Shown here piece by piece: positions 18,223 to 25,284 of a DNA stretch of 32,600 bases; position 1 is the first letter of the stretch; each line of letters opens with the position of its first letter. The notes below the pieces were generated by a model. It saw nothing but the letters and a program-made list of their open reading frames with translations, was not told the DNA's origin and did not search any database. Position numbers and translations under genes: made by a program. This DNA is from Candidatus Fermentibacteraceae bacterium (GTDB lineage: Bacteria > Fermentibacterota > Fermentibacteria > Fermentibacterales > JCC-6). The stretch lies in the NCBI GenBank assembly GCA_041686025.1, contig JAWLEP010000002.1:40971-73570 (forward strand). Reading direction: 5' to 3'.

Positions 18223-18957
18223 CTAACCTTCCCTCCTCGGGAGCCCGCTGCGGTCGAGGAAGTCGCGCAGATCCCGGATGTCGTCCCAGACCGGCTTCTT
18301 GAGGGCGGGCGAGCGCAGCAGGGCCGCAGGGTGGTAGGTGGCCATCAGGGGCACGTCCATGTAGGAATGCATGCTCCCCCTGAGAACGCCTATTCCCTCC
18401 CGCCTGCCGGTGAGCGTCCTGGCGGCGGATGCCCCCAGGGCCACTATCACGCCCGGTCTCATGATCCGTATCTGCTCCTCCAGCATCCAGAGGCAGGCGG
18501 TGACCTCGTCTCCGCGGGGGGCCCTGTTCTTCGGAGGCCGGCACTTCACGATGTTGGTTATGTAGACCGAGTCCCGGCCCAGGTCTATGGCGGCCAGTAT
18601 GCGGTCCAGCAGCTGTCCGGCCCTGCCCACGAACGGCTGGCCGGTACGGTCCTCGTTCGCCCCCGGGCCCTCGCCCACCAGCACGATCCCCGCAGCCGGG
18701 TTGCCGTCCCCGAAGACCAGCCTGTTCCTGGTCTCGCCCAGACGGCACCTGGTGCAGTCACCTATCTCCTCCCTCAGGCGGGCCAGGTCCCGCCTGATCC
18801 CGTCCGCCCTCTCCGCAGCTCCCGTTGCCATGCCATCCTCTTCCGGTTCCCCGCCGGCCCCGCTCTGCAGCCATCCCTCCGGCAGGTACAAGCGCCTCAG
18901 GCCGAAGCTGGCGGCCGCCCGCCAGACCGGGTCGCGCCTTCCAGCCCGGTCAGTCAT
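18223..18957 (-). CDS. Uracil-DNA glycosylase family 4 ([4Fe-4S])
   Basis: CTRCRL, VFGDG, VGEGPG, PFVGRAG, NIVKCRPP, TYHPAALL motifs. Confidence 0.94.
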   Translation of the reverse strand: MTDRAGRRDPVWRAAASFGLRRLYLPEGWLQSGAGGEPEEDGMATGAAERADGIRRDLARLREEIGDCTRCRLGETRNRLVFGDGNPAAGIVLVGEGPGANEDRTGQPFVGRAGQLLDRILAAIDLGRDSVYITNIVKCRPPKNRAPRGDEVTACLWMLEEQIRIMRPGVIVALGASAARTLTGRREGIGVLRGSMHSYMDVPLMATYHPAALLRSPALKKPVWDDIRDLRDFLDRSGLPRREG

Positions 18958-20239
18958 CGCCGCCCTCCCCCAGCCACCGGCCCAGGCAGGCGGCCAGGGT
19001 CTCGGCCACGTACCGCTTGGAGCCGGGGGGTATCTCCAGTCGCCGTCCGCCCTCTCCCACCAGCACGCCGGCGTTGGCCCCGCTCTCCATGCCCAGCCCC
19101 TCCAGGTCTCCCCTGTTGAGGAAGACGGCGAAGGCCCCCTTGCGCCTCATCTTGGCCAGGGCCCTCTCCTCGCGGCCCTCGGCCATCTCCAGGGCGAAGG
19201 CCAGCACCGGGCAGCCGGCGTCCAGGTCTGCCAGCAGGTCGGGGTTGGGCTCCAGCTCCAGCTGCGGCGCCGCCTTCCTGCGGTCCATCTTCCCCGTCTG
19301 CCGGGAAGCCGGACGGAAGTCCGACACCGCCGCCGCCATGGCCAGCAGGTGGGCGCCGGGGACGTGCTCCCGCAGGGCCCTCCCCATCTGCAGCGCCGTC
19401 TCCACGTCCACCAGGTCCACCCCCGAAGGGGGCTCGGCCCGCATGGGGCCGGCCACCAGGGTCACCGACGCCCCGGCGTCCCGGAAGGCGGAGGCCAGCA
19501 TGCAGCCCATCAGCCCGCTTGAGCGGTTGGAGAGGAAGCGCACGTCGTCCAGTGGCTCCCTGGTGGGCCCGGCGGTGACCACCACCTTCCGTCCGGCCCA
19601 GTGGTCCAGGCCGTCTGTGCATCCGTGGTACTCCAGGGCCTGCGCGGGGTAGGGGCTCCACGCAAGGCCGCTGGCGGTGGACGTGTATATGTCCTCCATG
19701 CGCTGCAGGGCCTCCGCCCTGGCGCCGTTGAGCACGAAGTAGTCGAAGGCCCCCAGCCAGCGGACCTCCCGGGCGGCGGCCTCCATCCGCCTCTCCACCG
19801 TAGAGGCGTCGTCGGTGCCCCGGCCGGCGAGCCTGGCCCGCAGCTCCGCGGCGGAGGGCGGCAGGACGAATACCAGCACCGCGCCGGGCCAGCGCTCCCT
19901 CACCTGCATGGCCCCCTGGACGTCTATGTCCAGCACCACGCTGCTTCCGGAGGAGGTGGTCTCCCGCACCCACTGGCGGTCGGTGCCGTACAGGCTGCCG
20001 TGGACCTCGGCCCACTCCAGAAAGAAGCCCCGGTCTATCCGGCGCCGGAACTCCTCCTCGTCGACGAAGTCGTAGTCGCTTCCCTGCCGCTCGTCTCCCC
20101 GGGGGGAGCGGGTGGTCGTGGACACGGAGAAGCGGGCGTCGGCGAAGGTGTCCACCAGATGCCTGGCCAGGGTTGTCTTGCCGGCCCCGGAGGGCCCGGC
20201 CACCACCATCAGCCTTCCGTAGCTACTCGAGGTTCGCAA
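18950..20239 (-). CDS. gmk: Guanylate kinase fused to phosphopantothenoylcysteine synthetase (CoaB) domain, 429 aa; no CoaC domain
   Basis: Gmk motifs GPSGAGKTT, SVSTTTRSPR, EWAEVHGSLYGT, DIDVQGA, FVLPPS. After a short linker: GRKVVVTAGPTREPLDDVRFLSNRSSG, AAAVSDFRP, NPDLL, AFALE, SKRYVA (CoaB). One open frame; TTG start overlaps the yicC 3' end. Confidence 0.9.
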   Translation of the reverse strand: MRTSSSYGRLMVVAGPSGAGKTTLARHLVDTFADARFSVSTTTRSPRGDERQGSDYDFVDEEEFRRRIDRGFFLEWAEVHGSLYGTDRQWVRETTSSGSSVVLDIDVQGAMQVRERWPGAVLVFVLPPSAAELRARLAGRGTDDASTVERRMEAAAREVRWLGAFDYFVLNGARAEALQRMEDIYTSTASGLAWSPYPAQALEYHGCTDGLDHWAGRKVVVTAGPTREPLDDVRFLSNRSSGLMGCMLASAFRDAGASVTLVAGPMRAEPPSGVDLVDVETALQMGRALREHVPGAHLLAMAAAVSDFRPASRQTGKMDRRKAAPQLELEPNPDLLADLDAGCPVLAFALEMAEGREERALAKMRRKGAFAVFLNRGDLEGLGMESGANAGVLVGEGGRRLEIPPGSKRYVAETLAACLGRWLGEGGDD

Positions 20240-21104
20240 CCTGCTCCCTAAGCGCTGCCAGATCGTTCTTCATCTGCACAACCTGCATCTGGGCCCCGGA
20301 GTCGTCCACCTTCGAGCCCATGGTATTGAGCTCGCGGTGGATCTCCTGCAGCAGGAAGTCCAGCTTCCTGCCCTGGGGGCCTCCGGCCTTCAGTATGTCC
20401 CCGGCGGCCTCCACGTGGCTTCGGAGCCGCTCGTACTCCTCGCTGACGTCCACCCTGTCCGCCAGAAGGGCCAGCTCCTGGTAGAGGCGCGACTCGTCCT
20501 CCGGCGGGGAATCCAGCAGGGCCGCAACCCGCTCCTTCAGCGCCTCGAAGCGGCGGGCCACCCTGCCCTCCTGGCCCTCCATCACCGATTCCGTGGCGGA
20601 GGCGATGCCGGCGATCCGCCGGGACATGGCGGCGACCAGGTTCGCCCCCTCCCGGGCCCTGGACTCCAGGAAGCCCTCCATTGCCGACCCCGCGCATTCC
20701 AGGAGCTTCCGCGACAGCAGCTCCGGGTCCTCCCGGCCGGGGTCCGGCGCAGCAACCACTCCCGGCAGCAAGAGCAGGTCGCCGGCGGTGACGCCCACCT
20801 CCAGGCCGTTCCTGCGGGCCAGCTCCCTGGCGGCCTCCAGGTACCTCTCGGCCTGGGCCGGGTCCACCACCGCCACGGCGCCGGACGAGGCCGGCTCCAG
20901 CCTGGCGGTGAGGGTGACCCTGCCCCGGGAGACCGAGTCGGAGACCATGCCCCGAAGGGCGGCCTCGTTCCCGGCTGTGGAAAGCGCGTCGTCCAGGCGC
21001 AGCGACAGCCTCATTCCCTTGCCGTTCACCGAGCGGATCTCCACCGAAAGCGAGAAGGCCTCCGCCTGACAGGTGGCGGAGCCGAAACCCGTCATTGACT
21101 GCAT
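20223..21104 (-). CDS. yicC: YicC/YloC family endoribonuclease, 293 aa
   Basis: GGAG RBS and ATG 21104. MQSMTGFG, EIRSVNGK, RGRV, DVSEEYERLRSH, GRKLDFLLQEIHRELNTMGSK, REQVANLE. Confidence 0.95.
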   Translation of the reverse strand: MQSMTGFGSATCQAEAFSLSVEIRSVNGKGMRLSLRLDDALSTAGNEAALRGMVSDSVSRGRVTLTARLEPASSGAVAVVDPAQAERYLEAARELARRNGLEVGVTAGDLLLLPGVVAAPDPGREDPELLSRKLLECAGSAMEGFLESRAREGANLVAAMSRRIAGIASATESVMEGQEGRVARRFEALKERVAALLDSPPEDESRLYQELALLADRVDVSEEYERLRSHVEAAGDILKAGGPQGRKLDFLLQEIHRELNTMGSKVDDSGAQMQVVQMKNDLAALREQVANLE

Positions 21105-21194
21105 ATTCTTGTCTCCAAACCGTTTGCATTTGTGCTGCAGCGGCGCCGTAGGGCCCGGGACCGCGCGGCGTCTCTCACCGGGCCACGGTCGGGT

Positions 21195-21223
21195 ATTATA
21201 TACCCAGCACGTTATGATGTCGT
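21195..21223 (-). promoter_or_regulatory. Putative sigma70 promoter of the yicC-gmk/coaB-...-pspC operon
   Basis: Minus strand ACGACA (21223-21218), 17-nt spacer, perfect TATAAT (21200-21195), about 90 nt upstream of the yicC ATG in an AT-rich patch of the divergent intergenic region. Confidence 0.55.
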
Positions 21224-21246
21224 CCCGCACACGGGGAGGTACTGCC

Positions 21247-22854
21247 GTGCTGGAGGGCGTTTTTTTCTGCGCTCTGGTGCCGGAGCTGCGCAATCTGCTG
21301 GAGGGCCGCACCGTCCGGAAGGTGGGTGTGATCATACGCCACGGCCTGACCCTGGTCTTCCCCGGGGGCGCCCTCTTCCTCTGCGCGCGGCCCGACCGGC
21401 CCGGCATATGGTTCAGCTCCGAGAGACACGAGATGACCGAGCCGGACTCCCCGGCGTGGTCCGACCATCTGGAGGGTGCCGCTGTCAGGGCCATCCGCCA
21501 GCAGGGGGCGGACAGGGTAATCATGCTGGAGATGGAGTCCGCCGACCCCTACTCCCCCAGCGGCGTGCGGCTGGTCTTCGAGGCCACGGGGAGGAACGCC
21601 AACCTGCTGCTGGTCCGCAGCGGCGACCACAGGGTCCTGGCGGTTACCAGGAGGGTGGACCCGGAGCGGTCGCGGTACCGCACACTGGTGCCCGGCTCAC
21701 CCTACCGCCCCCCTCCCCCCTCCGGGCTTGCCCCCGGGGAGTGGTGCCGTGGCCTCAGCCTCCCTGCGAATCCGCGGGAGAGCGACATCTACCGGCAGCT
21801 GGAGGGTGTCGGACCCTGTACGGCCAGAGCCGTGCTCCGGGAGGCGGAGTCATCCGGCAGAAGCCCCGGGGAGGTGCTCTGCGGGCTGGAGCAGAGGCTG
21901 CTGCGCGGGGAGTTCCGGCCCTGGTCGGGCCCCGACGGCCCCCTCCCCGTGCCCCTGGGTCCGGGGGAGCCCCTGGAGAACCCCCTGGCCCCGGCGGGGG
22001 ACAGGCCGGAGCAGACCGTGCGGCGCGGTGCCCTGGAGGACTACCTGCGCTCCATCCGCCGGGAGGAGGCGGCCCTGCGGCGCCGGCTGAGCAACCTGGA
22101 GGAGGCCCGGCTGGAGATGACGGGGCCGGAGGAGTACCGCCACTGGGGCGAGCTGCTCCTGGCCAACGCCCACCAGGTGGAGAAGGGGAGGGCAAGCGTG
22201 GTCCTGGACGACTGGGAGGGCGGACGGACCAGTATCCCCCTCTCCCGGTCGCGGGACGCGGTCTCCAACGCCCAGCGCTACTTCCGGAAGGCCAGAAGAT
22301 GCGCAAGGGAGGAGGAGAGCCTGGACCGCTCCCGGCGCAGCGCCCGGAAGCGGCTGGAGGAGCTGGAACAGATGGCCTCCGAGGCCCCGCAGCTGGACGC
22401 CCGGGAGCTGGAGAGGCGTCTGGCCCGCCGCCGGAAGAGGAAGAGTCGGGGAAGGGCCCAGCCCCCCCCGGAGTACCACCTGTCGGGGGGCTGGCGGTGC
22501 TTCGTGGGCCGCAGCGCAAAGGAAAACGACAGCGTCACCTTCGGCCTGGGCCGAAGGGGCGACATCTGGCTGCACGCCAGGGGCATGGCAGGCGCCCACG
22601 TGCTGGTAAAGAGGGAGGGCAGGGGCGACAACCCGTCCTCCCGGACCCTCATGCAGGCCGCCTCCATCGCCGCCAACCACAGCCGGGGCTCGGGCAGCTC
22701 CATAGTTCCCGTGGACTACACGGAGGTCCAGCACGTGCGGAGGATGAAGGGCGGCGGTCCCGGCCAGGTCACCTACACCGGGGAGAAGACGCTCTACCCC
22801 GATCTCTCCGATCCCGGCACCAGGACCTTCCTGGAGAGGATGGGCGACGCATGA
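21247..22854 (+). CDS. rqcH: Ribosome quality-control protein RqcH / FbpA-like (NFACT family), 535 aa
   Basis: GGGGAGGT RBS before GTG 21247. NFACT-N (GADRVIMLE, LVFEATGRNANLLL), HhH-like LEGVGP, coiled coils (GELLLAN; NAQRYFRKARR), NFACT-R (VGRSAKENDSVT, DIWLHARGMAGAHV, VPVDYT). Confidence 0.9.
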   Translation: MLEGVFFCALVPELRNLLEGRTVRKVGVIIRHGLTLVFPGGALFLCARPDRPGIWFSSERHEMTEPDSPAWSDHLEGAAVRAIRQQGADRVIMLEMESADPYSPSGVRLVFEATGRNANLLLVRSGDHRVLAVTRRVDPERSRYRTLVPGSPYRPPPPSGLAPGEWCRGLSLPANPRESDIYRQLEGVGPCTARAVLREAESSGRSPGEVLCGLEQRLLRGEFRPWSGPDGPLPVPLGPGEPLENPLAPAGDRPEQTVRRGALEDYLRSIRREEAALRRRLSNLEEARLEMTGPEEYRHWGELLLANAHQVEKGRASVVLDDWEGGRTSIPLSRSRDAVSNAQRYFRKARRCAREEESLDRSRRSARKRLEELEQMASEAPQLDARELERRLARRRKRKSRGRAQPPPEYHLSGGWRCFVGRSAKENDSVTFGLGRRGDIWLHARGMAGAHVLVKREGRGDNPSSRTLMQAASIAANHSRGSGSSIVPVDYTEVQHVRRMKGGGPGQVTYTGEKTLYPDLSDPGTRTFLERMGDA

Positions 22855-22921
22855 CGGCGGGGCGCGGCCGGGTGGACTTCTCCCGGCCCCGCGGGCGATA
22901 TTGGGGCGGACGGGAGGAAGC

Positions 22922-23392
22922 GTGAACAACGGGAGAACATCCAAGATGCGCAAGGCCTACCTCTTCAGGAATCTGGCCCCCGCCGAGCTGGAGCCCTTCC
23001 TGAAGACGGCCCGCTACCGCAGCTACAGCCCCAACGAGGTGGTGATCGCCGAGGAGGAGACGGGGGACGACCTCTTCCTCATCCTCTCGGGGAGCGTGCG
23101 GGTGATCAAGGGACGCAGCGAGGAGTACGAGCAGGTGATCGGCATGCTCAGGGAGGGGGAGTTCTTCGGGGAGATGGCCCTGATCGACCGGATGCCCAGA
23201 AGCGCATCCGTCTACGCCCACGAGCCCCTGAAGCTGGCCATATTCAGCCACGCGGACCTCAGGAGCATCTTCGAGAGGAACCCGGCCATCGGCCTGAAGG
23301 TGGTGACGGCCTTCGCCGAGGTCCTCTCCCAGCGCCTGCGCGACACCAACGACAAGCTGAAGACCCTCCTCTTCCTGGAGAGGACCTTCTGA
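22922..23392 (+). CDS. Stand-alone cyclic nucleotide-binding domain protein (no HTH), ~156 aa
   Basis: GGGAGG RBS before GTG 22922. LFRNL, EEETGDDLFLILSGSVRV, phosphate-binding cassette GEFFGEMALIDRMPRSASV. Ends after the C-helix (LSQRLRDTN). Confidence 0.88.
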   Translation: MNNGRTSKMRKAYLFRNLAPAELEPFLKTARYRSYSPNEVVIAEEETGDDLFLILSGSVRVIKGRSEEYEQVIGMLREGEFFGEMALIDRMPRSASVYAHEPLKLAIFSHADLRSIFERNPAIGLKVVTAFAEVLSQRLRDTNDKLKTLLFLERTF

Positions 23393-24558
23393 TGGCCAGG
23401 GCGGTGGTGCTGGTGCTGGACGGAGTGGGCGCCGGCGAGATGCCCGACGCCGAAAGCTACGGCGACACCGGAAGCGACACCCTGGGAAACCTGGCCGCAG
23501 CCGTGGGCGGGCTGGACCTGCCCAACCTGCAGCGGATGGGACTGGGAAACCTCCACCGCCTCCAGGGCGTGCCCCCCAGCCCCGACCCCGACGCGGCCTG
23601 GGGAAGGATGGCCGAGTTCTCCTCCGGCAAGGACTCCACCACCGGCCACTGGGAGATGATGGGGCTGCAGCTGGCCGAGCCCTTCCCCACCTTTCGCTCG
23701 GGATTTCCCCCGGGCGTCGTCGAGGAGATCTCCCGGCGCACCGGCCGGGGCGTGATCTGCAACCGTCCCGCCTCGGGCACCGAGATAATAGAGGAGCTGG
23801 GCCCCCGCCACCGGAAGACCGGAGAGCTGATCGTCTACACCTCCGCCGACAGCGTGCTGCAGATCGCGGCCCACGAGGAGGTTGTGCCCCGGGAGGAGCT
23901 GTACGACGCCTGCCTGGCGGCCCGGGAGATCATGCAGCCTCCCCACCTGGGCGTGGCCAGGGTCATCGCCCGGCCGTTCGTGGGCACGCCGGGCGACTAC
24001 ACCAGGACCGCCGGCCGCCGCGACTTCTCCCTGGAGCCCACCGGCCGGACCCTGCTGGACGCCCTGTCGGAGGCCGGCATGCCCCGTACCGGGGTGGGGA
24101 AGATAGACGACCTGTTCGCCCACAGGTCCATAGCCACCGAGCACGTGCCGGACAACGGCCGGGGCCTGGAGGTCCTGTCCCGCCAGATGTCGGAGGTGGG
24201 CTCCGGCCTGATCTTCGCCAACCTGGTGGACTTCGACATGCGCTGGGGCCACAGAAACGACGTGGAGGGGTTCCGCCGGGGACTTGCGCAGGTGGACGCC
24301 GCCCTGCCCGGCCTGGTGTCCCTGCTGCGGCCCGGGGAGGTCTTCATCATAACGGCCGACCACGGCAACGATCCCACCACTCCCAGCACCGACCACTCCC
24401 GGGAGTACGTGCCCCTGCTCTGCCTGGTCCCCGGGGGACGGGCCGCGGACCTGGGCCTGCGGGAGACCTTCTCCGACGTGGCCTGCACGCTGGCCGAGCT
24501 CTTCGGGCTGGAGGAGGACTTTCCGGGAACCTCCTTCCTGCAGGAGGTGAGGCCGTGA
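23392..24558 (+). CDS. deoB: Phosphopentomutase
   Basis: LVLDGVGAG, GSDTLGN, GKDSTTGHWE, YTSADSVLQIAAHE, RVIARPF, NLVDFDMRWGHRND, TADHGNDP, TDHSREYVP. Confidence 0.96.
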   Translation: MARAVVLVLDGVGAGEMPDAESYGDTGSDTLGNLAAAVGGLDLPNLQRMGLGNLHRLQGVPPSPDPDAAWGRMAEFSSGKDSTTGHWEMMGLQLAEPFPTFRSGFPPGVVEEISRRTGRGVICNRPASGTEIIEELGPRHRKTGELIVYTSADSVLQIAAHEEVVPREELYDACLAAREIMQPPHLGVARVIARPFVGTPGDYTRTAGRRDFSLEPTGRTLLDALSEAGMPRTGVGKIDDLFAHRSIATEHVPDNGRGLEVLSRQMSEVGSGLIFANLVDFDMRWGHRNDVEGFRRGLAQVDAALPGLVSLLRPGEVFIITADHGNDPTTPSTDHSREYVPLLCLVPGGRAADLGLRETFSDVACTLAELFGLEEDFPGTSFLQEVRP

Positions 24559-24956
24559 GCGGAGAGAGCGCCGTCAGGGACCGGCTGCTTCAGACGGCCC
24601 GGGGCCTGGTGGACCGCTGCCGCTGCCCCTACTCCCGTTTCCGGGTGACCGCGGCGGTGATGTGCTCCGACGGGTCGGTGCACGGCGGGGTGAACGTGGA
24701 GAACGCCTCCTACGGGCTCACCATGTGCGCCGAGCGGGCGGCCATGTTCGCAGCCGTGAGCGCCGGCTGCGGCACCATCACCGATCTGCTGGTCTACTCT
24801 CCCGACGGCGACCCCACCCCCTGCGGCGCCTGCCTGCAGGTGGCGGCGGAGCTGGGGCCGCCCTCCATGCGGGTGCACATGGCCGACCCCGACGGAAGGC
24901 TGGAGACGGTGACGCTCTCGTCGCTGCTTCCCCGCTCCTTCGGCCTGGACACCTGA
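24555..24956 (+). CDS. cdd: Cytidine deaminase (homotetrameric type)
   Basis: PYSRFRV, GVNVENASYGLTMCAERAA, PCGACLQ, LLPRSF. GTGA overlap with deoB. Confidence 0.94.
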   Translation: MSGESAVRDRLLQTARGLVDRCRCPYSRFRVTAAVMCSDGSVHGGVNVENASYGLTMCAERAAMFAAVSAGCGTITDLLVYSPDGDPTPCGACLQVAAELGPPSMRVHMADPDGRLETVTLSSLLPRSFGLDT

Positions 24957-24978
24957 CCCCCGGAAGCCGCGCCGGCTC

Positions 24979-25006
24979 TTGACGCGCCTGCCGCTGGATG
25001 TAGAGT
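24979..25006 (+). promoter_or_regulatory. Putative sigma70 promoter for the PC4-like gene
   Basis: TTGACG (24979-24984), 16-nt spacer, TAGAGT (25001-25006), about 45 nt before the ATG. Confidence 0.4.
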
Positions 25007-25049
25007 TTGTGCCTTCCGACCGCATACGAAACCGCTTTGGAGGAAGCAC

Positions 25050-25283
25050 ATGGAAAAGCACATAGCCGATTTCGAGAAGGGCGAGGACATCGTACGGGTG
25101 TCCCTGTCGGAGTTCAAGGGACGCCAGTACGTGAACGTCCGCATCTACTACATGAACGACGAGGGCGAGTGGAAGCCCACCCGCAAGGGGATCACACTGG
25201 CCCCGGAGATGATGCGCGACGTCCACGGGGCCCTGGGAGAGGCCCTGGAGGCGCTGGAGGACAGCGAAGTGGAGGTCGGCTAG
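25050..25283 (+). CDS. PC4/YdbC-family single-stranded DNA-binding protein, 77 aa
   Basis: GGAGG RBS. VRVSLSEFKGRQYVNVRIYY...GEWKPTRKGITL is the PC4 signature. Confidence 0.9.
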   Translation: MEKHIADFEKGEDIVRVSLSEFKGRQYVNVRIYYMNDEGEWKPTRKGITLAPEMMRDVHGALGEALEALEDSEVEVG

Positions 25284-25284
25284 C

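Noticed and set aside
18221..18748. Apparent N-terminal extension of DnaB, or a UDG-DnaB fusion
   Set aside because: Different frame from UDG, which has its own stop at 18223-18225. DnaB homology starts at ATG 18220.
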